From Antedon mediterranea (taxonomy: Eukaryota; Animalia; Echinodermata), in NCBI RefSeq assembly GCF_964355755.1, contig NC_092672.1:32184437-32248436 (forward strand): DNA of 64,000 nt, in the 5' to 3' direction. Shown here one piece after another: positions 1-12,400 of the stretch. Under the pieces are notes generated by a model. It saw only the letters and a list, made by a program, of their open reading frames with translations, ran no database searches and was not told where the DNA came from. Both the position numbers and the translations under genes were made by a program. How positions within the stretch are numbered: position 1 is the first letter of the stretch; the number at the start of each line of letters is the position of its first letter.

Positions 1-3000
1 GAGAAGACAAAGAAAAAGGTAAAGAAAGCTAAGAAAGACAAAATAATTACCGAACCAATTGACAACAAGCATTCAAAGAAATCAAAGAAATTGAAGAAGA
101 AATCTACACCAACTGAAGAGAGTAAGCCAGTGGAACTAAATGAGCAAGAGCCCATTGCTGAAGAAATTCCAAATAAAAGGGACTTTATCAGTGATGTAGA
201 AGCAAATGAGTTTGAAGACTCAGACCGTTTGATTATGTCTATTGATGATGAGAATGAATCAAACTTAAAAATTGATGAGGAACTAATTGATAAGATTGAG
301 TGTCCTAAAACTCCAAATGTGTCTCTGTCTGAGCCTGAACCATTGAAAGATGATGAGGAACAGCAGGTAGAAGAACAACCAGTTAAAGAAAAGAAAAAAC
401 AAAAGAAGAAAGAAAAGAAGAAGCTTAAATTAGAAGAAACTGAATGTAAAGATTTTGATATTGATGAATCATTAGAAGATTTAAAACCACTTTCAATTGA
501 TGATGAATTGAACATTGCTGAAGATCTCCCTCACGGCGAACATATAATTCAAGAAGAAGAACATCATGATCCATTAGAGGATGAAAGAATTGAATTAAAA
601 GAAGAAGAGCAATTATTCCAATCAGATGAAAAACCTTTCGATGATAAGGATCGACTGTTTATTGAAACTGATGAGAAACCTGAATTGCCAGATAGTGGTC
701 TGTATGCAGAATGTGACTTAAAAGGAACCGGCGATCTCACAATCGTAGAAGAAACAACTCCAAAATCTGAACCTAACAATGTTTATTCAAATTTTGAATC
801 GATAGAAGCACAAGACACAAAAACTAGTGTTACAGAACCAGTGATTAAATCTGCTCAGGAAACTGACAGTGAGCCCGCTAGAGAGGATGCAGTGAGAGGT
901 AAAAGTAAACCTAAAAAGAAATCTAAATCCGGGAGAAAGCCAAAGAAATCACAAGCTGAGAAAAAAGCAGTAGAAGCTGCTTCAGAACAACCTTGTCAAG
1001 AGGAACTACCTGCTGTTCTTGAAATCCAACAGCCAAATTTGTTTGAAGAAGAATCAAATACAAAGGAAAATGTAGATAATGTTGTAGCAGAATCATCTAG
1101 TGCGATTTCTACTGATGTCAACTCTGTTGAATTAGCCACAAGATTGATTGAAAATTTTCCAGACACGATTCAAACAATTCAAGAACCATCTAGTGTAGAC
1201 ACTTCTGGTATGGTTGACTCAAAACTTAAAGAGAATGAAACACTTGCTGCTAAAGAAGAAGCAAAGGAGGAGGTATTAGATGCAGTGAAATGGATGGAGA
1301 TTGAAATGGACTACCAAGAACCATCATTTACAGCTCCAAGTGAAACACAAGATGCATCAGAAATAATTCCAATTGAACAATCTATTGAAGCAAAGCCAGA
1401 AAGAGTTGAACCCCCTATTGTGGAAGAATTACCAGAACCAGTGAACGTGCCAATCAAAGTTGATGTTCCTGAGGAAAAACCAAAAAAGAGAACTCGTGGA
1501 AAAGGTGGCAGAGGAAGTAAATCAAAGCCTACTATAATGGAACTGATGCAAGAGAAACCAATTGCCATTATTGAAAACCCATTAATTGCAGCACCTGCAG
1601 GAATCAGTGTTGATGCACTACCAACACCAGGCAGTCTTCCTCCTCCTGCTGAACCAGCTACAGAAAACAAACATGTGGCAGTAGATACCTCTTTGCAAGA
1701 TACTCATGACAACAATTTAACAATTGATACAGAGGTTAAAGAGACTAAACCAAATGTTAGGAGTTCTGCTAGGAGGAGTATTGATCCTTATGATTTTAAT
1801 GAAGAAGACACAAGTTATCAACGAAAAGGAAGGCAAGGAAAATACAACAATTCAAAGAAACAAACCGAGGCTGCAATAGATTCTGAACCAAAATTGACTG
1901 AAACTGTAAATTCTGAAAACAAAGTTCCAGAGGATCCTTATGAGTTTAAAGGAAGTCCAGCTGAGGAAAAAGAGAAAAGTTCTCCAAGCAAAGCAACACG
2001 CAAGCCCAAGACACCGACAAGACGTCCAACTGGGCGTGCTAGTAGAAGTCGTAGTGCTTCTCTTAAAGGAAAAGATCTAAAGGCAAAGGATGAACTACTA
2101 GCTGAACCATTATCTGAACCTCTACCTGCATCACCAAAACCTGACACAGTAGCAAAGTTGCTTCAAAGAGAAGCAAACCAAAATGCAATTTCCTTTGATA
2201 GTGGAAAAAAATTGTCATCATTACCTTCTGGAGCACGAGTACCAATGGTTTCTAATCCTGCTGTACCATATATACTTAACCCATCACTTGCAGCTTCAAT
2301 GGCGCCGACAATTCCAACAACACTGTCACAAGGACTTGTTCCAGGACCAACTCAAGCCATTACTTCTCAAATTCCAACAATTCAATTGACTTCTTCAGCT
2401 GTTCCTGCACCACAAGTCACTATCCCATCTAAAACAAACACCCAAGAAAACCTGCTCACAGCTCAACTGATTTCAGCACCTATAGTAACTCCGGTTCCAA
2501 CACAACCTGCAATGGTTTGTCCTGTTTTACCTGGTAACATTAGTTTCCAAAACAGTAAGTCTCAAGAAATGGGCACAAATATCGCTTTGACTCCAGCACA
2601 GCAAGGACCACCACCTAAGAAAACTAGAGGCAGGCAACGTAAAAAAGATGAGACTGCTCAAAAGCTGATACAACAGCATCAACAGCAGCAGTTGCTACAG
2701 CAACAACTGCATCACCTGCAGCAGCAACAACAACAGCAGCAGCAACAGGAACAACAAACGCAAGATTCATTGCCAACAAAAGCAGAAACCATGCAACATC
2801 AACCACAAATTGCTTTAACAAGACCACCAGTACAACTAGGAATACCACTACAGGTCCATGTTCCCCAGCACCCTCAGCAGACTATCAAACCAACACATTT
2901 AAGTCCAGCACCAGGTGTAGTTGAACCAGCAGAGAAAGTGGGTTTTGTTACCGAACAACCCCGAATATACCAGACAGGACTCGCAAATTTGACTGCTCAA

Positions 3001-3957
3001 TTGCAATCATTTTCTGTTCCAACATCAGTGACAGCTACAACTTATGCTGCAGCTAGTGTTCTACGTGAGAGGTTAATGCTGACAACTTCAGCAGCAAATC
3101 CGACTAAGGGTCGAGAGAATACTAAAGTTGTCACGTCACAGATGCAGTATGTACCTGGCTATGCATTGTCAACATCAGCATCGGATGTAAGAGCAAAGAA
3201 TGAAGCTCACCACGGAGTAATCCAAGCAAATAATGACTATGTATCTCAGGAAAGGAAAGAACCTCACCAAGTAGCTCCGCCTGGTAGAGCACCACATCCT
3301 AACGTTCATGTAGTTGGAGGACCTCTATACTATATTCCACCAACAGATAGTGTGTCTATAAGGCCATTAACACCTGGTTTTCCACAGCAAATGGTACCAC
3401 CTGGAATTTTCCCATACCGATTATACACAGGTGTTGAACATCTGCCACTTTCATCTCCTGTCGGAAACATACCATCACCTCGAATGCCAATTCCACCAGT
3501 GTCCTCTCCAGGACTTTCACCAAAAATAATTTCTCCGAATTCACAGTTAACACATAAAAGAGGCACACCACCTGTTTCATTGACTGAGAAGAAAGATGAT
3601 GATCCAACCAACAAAGCTGGTCATATCACCGTGCCAGGCATGCCACTAACAAGAATTGGTGCAATTGGATATTCACCAAGGATACACCATATGCCGCCTG
3701 TGATAACAGAGCCACACCTGAGCACGCCAAAAGTCACAGAACAACAAGTTATGTTGAACACTACAGACATGTATAAGATTCCTGCTGGTTACCATCCCGG
3801 TGAAGGGCATCCCAACGATCCTCATTCACAAGCTAGGAGGATTCCACCACCAGGTATGGACTCAACTGGTCCACATCCAGTTCACAACAGGATACCACCA
3901 CCGCCGGCTTCATCACCTATGCAGAGAAAACAAGATCATCTTGGAAACATAATTTTG
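1..3957 (+). CDS. SPEN: SPEN giant exon (Lys/Glu-rich, then Pro/Gln-rich low-complexity region with polyQ at ~2671-2757)
   Basis: Frame 1 is open from base 1; donor TTG|gtgagt at 3957/3958. Confidence 0.9.
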
Positions 3958-5429
3958 GTGAGTTGACCTTCTGTTCTTACCCCAACGGTAGTATAAAGAA
4001 TCAGTAGAAATAATGCTTGCTTTGAACAGATAATCAGCTCCACAAACTCTCCTGGTTTTATACTAACTTATTCCTTACATTTGTTTGCAGAGATACCCTA
4101 TAATGTGGCAAGGAGTTTTAGCCTTGAAGAATGAGACAGCATTTATCCAGATGCACTATGTATCCGGTAACATGGATGTAGCTGGTCAGGCTCTAAATCA
4201 GACCATGTCAATGGAGGAGGGATCGCCACCGTTGAGAGTAGCTCAGAGGATGAGATTAGAGCAATCACAGCTGGATGGTGTTGGTAGAAGAATGAAGGTA
4301 GGTACAATGGATGTGAATAAAATCTACTGTTCTCACAGTCTAGAAACAAGAATCTTGAAAACTGAATTATAAACTAATATTACTTATAAGGACTAAAAAA
4401 TAAACAGTATAAAAGTATATGTTAATCTTATACAGCACATAATGCTCAAAGGTTTTACATTATTACACTGGTCGTTGGATCAAACACGTATGGACTGCTA
4501 CCAGGTACCCATTTGTACACCTAGGTGGAAAGGGGCAAGTAGTGTCTCAAACCTCAGATCCTGCGATCAGAAGTCCAACATCCAACACTGTCCTTCACGC
4601 TCCATATGCAATTTACTTTTTTTTATTGAATTGAATAATAATTTTAAAACTAATTTCCTATTATTATATCTTACAGGTTGAATCAGAATGTTGTATTTTG
4701 ATTGCTTTGCCTTGCGGAAGAGATCACCAGGACGTAATGTCGCAGACTGGCGCCCTCAACACCGGATTCATCACCTATCTCCAACAAAAACAAGCCGCTG
4801 GAATTATCAACGTGCCTCACCCTGGATCTAATCAGGTTGGTGTAAATTTGAAAAAAAATCATTGTTTTTATCACGACCTCGTTTTAATAAGTGATTTCTT
4901 ATTGTGTGAGTTGTCCAAACAACTAGAAAACTAGTCGGGAAAATTCCAGGTGGTACCATTTCAGGTGTCAATGGCCTTATGGACACAACATAGACAGAGA
5001 GACTAAGGTTATGGATTTGGTAGAACCCTGTCTGCCTCATTTAATATGGCAGTAAATTTTCAACTCATTAAATATTCTCCACCATCCAACTCGTAAGGGG
5101 ATGCTTTTGATACCCAAGAAAATATCGCCGTAATTGGGCTTTTCCCTAAATAGAAGTTGGTCGTAGGGTTAAAACATGCATTTTCTCTTTTTTCATGCAA
5201 AAGTTATTGAGTGCCACAGAGGAGGCTTCTACTCTATTCAGAAAAACATCAGAAATACTGTACTGTACTCTAACAAAGTATTGTTTTATTTTCTATTTAG
5301 CCTGCGTTTGTGGTACATATATTTCCACCATGTGAATTCACGCAAGTTCATCTAGCACATGTAGCACCGGATTTCTTTCGAGACATCGCAGATCTTGCTC
5401 ATCTAATGATTGTCATAGCAACAACGTGA
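1..5429 (+). CDS. SPEN: SPEN/SHARP (Msx2-interacting protein/split ends) homolog, 3' part; 5' end lies upstream of window
   Basis: Exons <1-3957, 4091-4297, 4677-4835, 5301-5429, all GT-AG with phase 0. The spliced C-terminus RYPIMWQGVLALKNETAFIQMHYVSGN...PPLRVAQRMRLEQSQL...VESECCILIALPCGRD...FITYLQQKQAAGIINVPHPGSNQ-PAFVVHIFPPCEF...HLMIVIATT* matches the SPEN SPOC domain. It follows a long acidic/Pro/Gln-rich disordered region, typical of large SPEN rather than RBM15. Confidence 0.93.
4091..4297 (+). CDS. SPEN: SPEN SPOC domain exon A
   Basis: ttgcag|AGATAC ... ATGAAG|gtaggt; encodes YPIMWQG...LRVAQRMRL. Confidence 0.93.
4677..4835 (+). CDS. SPEN: SPEN SPOC domain exon B
   Basis: ttacag|GTTGAA ... 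AATCAG|gttggt; encodes ALPCGRD...YLQQKQAAGII. Confidence 0.93.
5301..5429 (+). CDS. SPEN: SPEN terminal coding exon (absent from ORF track)
   Basis: atttag|CCTGCG; encodes PAFVVHIFPPCEFTQVHLAHVAPDFFRDIADLAHLMIVIATT then TGA at 5427-5429. Confidence 0.92.
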   Translation, partial: PAFVVHIFPPCEFTQVHLAHVAPDFFRDIADLAHLMIVIATT

Positions 5430-5639
5430 TACTAAATAGAGACGTTGTAGAGAATTTATTGTAGAAGATTTGAGAGACTAATTTGAAAAGATATTTGAGA
5501 GACTACAGAGTAGTTTATTTTTAATCCAAAGATGTATATACAGTTCTACAGGAGATGTATCTCAAGAAATCAGAGATTATAAATAATAGAAGATTATTGT
5601 ACAATTTAAGATTAACTGTGATGTTGAATTAAGAGATTA

Positions 5640-5900
5640 GCACCTGTAATGGGGCACATGCATTGGCCACCTGTAATAGCCAAATGTATTGGCCACCTGG
5701 AGTAGTAAATGTATTGGCCACCTGGAAGAGCCGCATATAGTGGCCACCTGGAATAGTCACATGTATTGGCAACCTGAAATAGCCACATGTATTGGCCACC
5801 TGGAATAGCCGCAGGGATTGGCCACCTGGAAGAGCCACATGTATTGGCCACCTGGAAGAGCCAAAAGGATTCAATAATAAGTTTGCCTACCTGGAAAAAG
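5640..5900. repeat. ~26-bp minisatellite in the presumed SPEN 3' UTR (~9 copies plus degenerate ones)
   Basis: Unit tattggccacctggaa(g/t)agccacatg repeated in tandem. Confidence 0.9.
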
Positions 5901-8900
5901 CCTTATGATTTATAGCCAACTATAAACAAGCACTTGCTAAGGAAACATTTTTTGCCACCTGGGATTATTTAAATTCAGGCATGGTGGACAAGGAGCAGGC
6001 ATGGCTATTTATACACAGACATCCGTATATGACCAAGTGATTGAAACAGTGATTGAATTTGCTTTTATTAAGTGCTTTTTCAAGTTGTTGTTTGCCAACT
6101 GAAACTTTAAACGTAAAACTGTGATCAAACATTTCAGAATGTGGAGAAAAAAATATTGTCCTCACTGTAAACATAAATAAGAATTGTGAAATCAACTGCA
6201 CACAAAACACATTGACTGTCGTCGTTCTCAATGCATTCCAAAATACATGATTCACGGATAAATGAACTGAAAGAGGGCGGTATTTATAAATTAAATCGAT
6301 GCCTTTCCTCGAGTAAATTATTTGATGATTTGTGTCGTGATTCAGAAACATTGTGTTGTTTGTACTCTGCACATGTGTTGGACTTTCACCGAGTGTATTT
6401 TAACGATCTGCAATTTTGTCTCTTCGATACTTCACGGTATTAAATGTGTGTTATAAACAAAGTTATTTTTCTATAACATAGATATTTGAAAATTCGGTAG
6501 AATTATAAAAGTGTTGACTTGTTAGGGACAAAGACATAAAGTCATAGTTTTGAGATTTTATTCGAATTTTTTTTTTTTTTTTAGAAAAATATAAGCTCAG
6601 ATAAATAAAGCCTTGATTGTATAGTGATATATAAGTTGACTAGTGATGCCATGTTGGTTGTTTCTTTGTTTGGTGGAAACGTTTTTTGGAATGGATGAGA
6701 CATAGCGTTATGGAACAGTTCTTGCATCCGTCCAATAGCCTAAGATCCTGCGTGGATGATTTCTTGAATTTATTTCATTTATTCTATTCATTTACCCTTT
6801 CTTTATTATTTACACATCAACTAAACGTTTAAACATATTTTCAGATTGTTTTATCTTTTTATTTTATTTAACCAAGCGAACTAGTAAATCCTCTTATTAT
6901 TGTTATGATTATTTTTACTAATTGTGTATAATGTTTTGATTGTTTTTGTGGTGTGTGTGAGTGTGTATTGTAAGAAACGAACGTAGGCAATATGAAGAAA
7001 AATGTAAATATTGTAAACTATTATCCCTGAGATCATGTGACTTGTGACATTTAGACGTCGTCTGACCATCCCAAAGTGCATTGAACCTGTCACTAGTTTG
7101 TTTGTTGTGTGTTCATTATGTCATAGCGACCTCTATGTTAGTAATGGATTGTGAATATAATATTTTAACAACCATTCTGTGTACGTGTGTAGTGTATTTG
7201 TTGTAACTATTATGTTTTGATTAATGACTGAATTATTTAAATGATTCTACAATACATTGTCTTTTATCAATTGTTACAAACTAGTATTTTTTCCAATTTC
7301 TCATTTAGTTATTTTTTCTTGCTTGCTTTGATCACTTTTCAATGTGAAATTTTAAATCATATTTTTCACTTATAGTTATGGATAATTTTCATCAGACACC
7401 ATTTTGTTCTAAACTTTCTAAACTCTTTTTTATTGGAACATAGTACAATATTTTATTATTCAAATTTTAACAAAAATTTGTCAACTGAAAACCACTTTTT
7501 CTTCATTTTCTTGATGATGTTAATTGAACATTTTTTGCGCCTAAATGTGTATTATTAATTTGATGTTTGATGCCATTTTGGGATGGTGCATAATTAGCCG
7601 CAGAGGGCGTTATGATCTTCGTTTTGTACGTAACATTTTTCGTGTAAATAAACTATGAAGTGAGATCTATTTTCCAATGTCATGGAATAAAATGGATGAA
7701 ATGTAAACAAACAAATTTCTTGTATTCTTTCAATTTTTGTATTTTTAATGACGTATTTATTCATTAGAATGAAAACAAGAAAATCGTCACTTAGTGACGT
7801 AACAACAGGGACCAATCTTGAGTCGAGAAACACATGATTTAACACGCGCGCGTACGTGTCATCACTTTGGCTCTATGGGTGTTACTGATGACAGAGTTAC
7901 TTGAACAGTCGCACTATCACACTGAGATACAATTAAAATTGTCTACTGTATAGTCTAGTCCTGAGACCCAACGACAAATGACGTGTCAGGTATGACACGC
8001 AGCGTGTGCACATACAACCCCTTAAATATATAATTACCATATCGATCTCTGGTAAACTGAAGAAAATAGTTTCTTTAAAAAAAATTTAGAGTTGGAAGAT
8101 ATTGTCAAGCCAACCCTATCTGATGGTACCTCCTATCCTCTCAGAGTGGCACCACCCACAAGAGCCACGTGGATTTGACCACCCTGAAAAGCCATATAAT
8201 TGGCTCGGAAAAGTTGCCGGCCGCCCGCGAAATTTCGCGCCCCGCCTCTACGCTGGATTGTAGGAAGATGTCAGATGTACAGTTTACTCGTCCATTACGT
8301 AGGTTATCGTTGCTTTTTCCCTAACAATGCTGATCATTTGTTTATTCAATCTTGCCATTTAGAAAAAAGTAAATTCTTAACGAGTTTTGCTGGCATCATC
8401 AGTCTTCTTAATGCTTGTCTAATAATATCCTTTAGTCTTTGGAGAATCTATTTAATGTTATTATCTGATTAATGTCATTAAGCATACAGGCTTCTATGTA
8501 ACTTTAGGCTACTAATGGCCATTTCCGGCAGGCGATGCGATGCTGCTGTCTTGGATAGCTAATCACATCATTCAAAATTGTCTTACGATCACAATTACGG
8601 TACATAAACAAGCTACTCTTTTCTTTTAGAATTAAACATAATTTTCAATAATAATTTTGAGAATTTTTCAAATTAAAAAACGCTGATATGTACAAAATAA
8701 TGATTACAAAAGATAACGATGATAATATAATAATACATTTGTTTTTATACAAAATGTTGTCAATATTATTTCTTATATTGCATACGATAAATATACATTG
8801 TTTATTTTAGTGTTTTCCAATATGTACTACCACTCTTATGTAATCAATGAAATAATAAGCGCTAGGTAAATTGCACGTTTGTTGTTTCATTTAGGTCATC

Positions 8901-9167
8901 CAAGCCTTTTATATGGGTTTGCATAATAGCAACAGACGCTCCGTGCGAAATCGATAACAGATCTTCAACGGAGCTCAACGATAGCAGATGGGTTTGTTTT
9001 CATCGTGTAGAAGTAGTACCACTGAGAGTAGCGTACTTAAGACGCGCGCGTACTGAGAGCAGACGAACTACTGGTACGAAGGATTATTTTGCAAGGGTGT
9101 CGTAGTTCTGTCGACTAAGCATCCTCATACGGAACTTAAATTTCAATTGGACTGCTTTGAAGACTAA

Positions 9168-9432
9168 ATGATGTTTGTGTTTTGGTTTAGTGTTGTCGTT
9201 TTTGTCAATTGCTATGTTGTTATTGGTTTTCAAACAACAACAAAACCAGGAGGATCACACGTGGAACCCGAAAGGAATGTGGTCCTAGGCGGAGTATTTC
9301 CGATCAGGACGCGTGCCGAGAATAACACTTGCGGGCGGCCAAGCCTAAATGGCCTACAGGAAAAATACGCCATGGTGTACGCTGTAAATAAAATAAATGA
9401 AGACAGGAACTTACTACCAGGAATACACATTA
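9168..9432 (+). CDS. mGluR-like exon 1 (signal peptide and start of VFT)
   Basis: Hydrophobic N-terminus, VVLGGVFPI, NLLPGIHI; donor A|gtaagt (phase 1). Confidence 0.88.
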
Positions 9433-12400
9433 GTAAGTCTTTTATTATCGTTATTTATTTATTTAGTCAGTTTTATGTGCACCCATACTAGACTATACAG
9501 CTTCCATCTTTGTATGGCAGTTTTGTCGCTTTGTCCAACAACGTGTGACTAGCCCTACCCAATAACATGTTTTACATTATGATTTCATTAGTTCATTTTT
9601 TTTCTTTTGCTTTCTTTGGCACATCTTCAACCGACATCCTTCGAGTATAAAAATGACCGGTACATTTTAATGATTTTATTGTACCTCATCCCCAAAACAT
9701 AAGTGTACAGTGAGTGTGGTGTTGGTTGTAAATATTTGTATGAATCGAGAGATATATTAAATGAAATATTGGAATTCAATTTGCAATCAGTGAACACAAA
9801 ATGCTCATAAATTAGAGGCGCGATCAAACGCGCGTGCGTCCTTTTAAATGGCGATACAGCTTTTTGTACGCCGTGCAAACTTTGTAGGCCTATCTCTTCG
9901 TCGTGGTGTCTTGATTGATAAATTATAAATACACGGTATCCTCTATACTACTAGATCCTATAATGACAAGCTCATAATTAGCAGACCTGTGCCTATGCAT
10001 AATTATCATATAAATATAGACGACAATTACCGCAATCATCCGCGGTCAATCAAGTTATATTTTTAGTATTCTCAGAGGAGGTATACTAATTTGTGTGTAA
10101 GTCAATAACACAGATTTATTTTGAAAGGTGCATATCGATTACAATATAAAACGAAACGACAAGTAATACAGAATGACCACTATGGTGGGCGCGTGGTTCC
10201 GCGTGACCTAAATGAGGCTGACGTGATATTGTTAAAATAGAAATTATATTACTGTGTACACATTGTACCGCTTTATAGTTAATGTTAGAAGGAGCATATG
10301 GTCATCATCTTGTTCTTGGAAAGTCATAACTTGAGATAAACCAATAAAATACAGAGCCGCTCTCGATCGAAATGCTTCTCTATAAATCGCCAATGGCAGT
10401 CCACTCAAAAGAAGTCATTTATAGGATTATAATTTAAACAGACTCAACTAAATTACGTTGCAAATTAATTGGTTATATCAATTTAAGAGTACGTCTGGCT
10501 GACAATTCATTTCCATACGCTTTTCCGGCTTTACGTAGGTACAATAACTGGACAAAGATAGATTCTGTAATTTGGATGTAACGCTAGAATGACGTACACG
10601 TAACGCTTGTGATTGGTCAATGCGTACGTTGTGCCTGTGTGTAGTGTTTCGCACCAATTGCTGAAGTTGAAGAAAATATATTTGATAGGCATTACTTGCT
10701 ACCGCATTATAATTACATTAATGGTATTTCTAATATTGTTTCTTCATCATTAAGCTTGGTTCCCACTTGGGCACAAGTCCGAAGGATGTAAGCTCACCGT
10801 AAATAATTCGACCAATCACAACGCAATGGTTTATCCAAACTCTTGTGATTTGTCAACTCACTTGCGTTGCGTTCAAGTGAGAACCCCACTAAAGCGCAAC
10901 GCAGGCTCGTTGACCAATCACAACAGTTCTTAATAATCCACCACCTGTGATTGGTCACTTAAATATTTTATTTTATTTTATTTTATTTTATTCAATTAAA
11001 ACCAACAGCGATAAATACCGCCACTAACAGGTTTGAAACATAAAACAATACAACATCAAAAACGGTTAACAATAAAATACAGATAAAATATATAAATATA
11101 TATATAAAACATAGATTGGCATGCCATAAAAAATTTCAATTAAAACAGGTTATGCAGACTGTTCAAGAAGTGAACACATCATCGTCCTCTTAAAATAACC
11201 AAGTCTATCATTAAAAATATCGATATGATTGCTATTTAGATTATTAAATGTATAAGGTAGTCTATGAAAAAGTCCCCTCTTAGTACAGTCGACACGGCTA
11301 AGCGTGGTTCCCACTAGAACGTAACGCAAGGACGTAAACGAAACGCAAGCGTTTTAACCAATGACAAGCGAAGTTATAGACAGTTAGCAATCACAAGCGA
11401 ATAAGCCATCGCTTGTGATTGGTAAATTCACTTGCGTTGCGTTACGTCCTTGCGTTGCGTCGCTAGTGGGAACCACGCTTTACGCTGCGCTTACGTTTCT
11501 ACGTTCCGTCTAATTGGAAACCAAGCTATAAGTAAGCACTAAACTACTTATGCTAGGCATATGCTGCAATGCAATAGTCACAATCAGTCTTCGAAATATC
11601 CAGATATATATGACGTCCAAAGAATCGCCGTACAAACATTCATTCGGAACACTTCTCGTAACAAATCAGTTCTGATAGCTTTGAAGATTCGGTTTTTAAA
11701 ACGTCACTACTGCAAAATCCAAAATATATCTTATTGAAATAGTAGCGTCGGTTTAAACAAAAAACAGCATGCCAAAAGTGAAACACACTGACTCGTGGAC
11801 CGTGAGGAAGCAATATTCTAGATGGAAGATTTTTTATAATGTTGAAAACATTAATGTTCCTGTTCATACCACATTATTACTCTATTGACACAATAGAATA
11901 TTATAGCACCTTTGACCTCGTCTGATGTGTCCATATATGGACATGAAGATGTCATATCGCTACCATATTTAAGCATATCAATACCATATTTGGGTACATA
12001 ACACTTTTTTTGTCATACTAGTTTGATAGTGTAGACAGAGCTTTATGAATTTCAAATGTTTCTAGCCTGTATGGCGAATTAACTAATTCTGTATTAGTAA
12101 AAACAACCATTTGCATGCCTCTAGCTAAGACAACGGAGAAGAATTGGTTGATGTTTAAATATATCAACGTTGATGTGTTGTTCGGTATGATAGGAGAATT
12201 TAAATAGGCTTCCCTGCGTGCTTTATCCTATCCTATCCAAAGATCAGACGTTAAGCTGTTGGTCACATATAAATCATATAGTTAGTCCACGATAAATAAT
12301 TCAGTCGAAAACGTTAATTGTATTAGTAACTGCCACAGCATAATCTCATTTAAATGTAAAACTTTCGTTTGAAATTATATCAAATGAAATTTAACTTTTG

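Noticed and set aside
564-3614. Short antisense ORFs over the SPEN giant exon
   Set aside because: Shadow ORFs of a long coding exon
5612-5874. CRISPR-like periodicity and minus-strand repeat ORFs
   Set aside because: Units are contiguous and spacers are homologous rather than unique; eukaryotic context with no cas genes
8080-8260. GC-rich island upstream of the receptor as a promoter
   Set aside because: No supportable core-promoter evidence or TSS data; could be a repeat fragment
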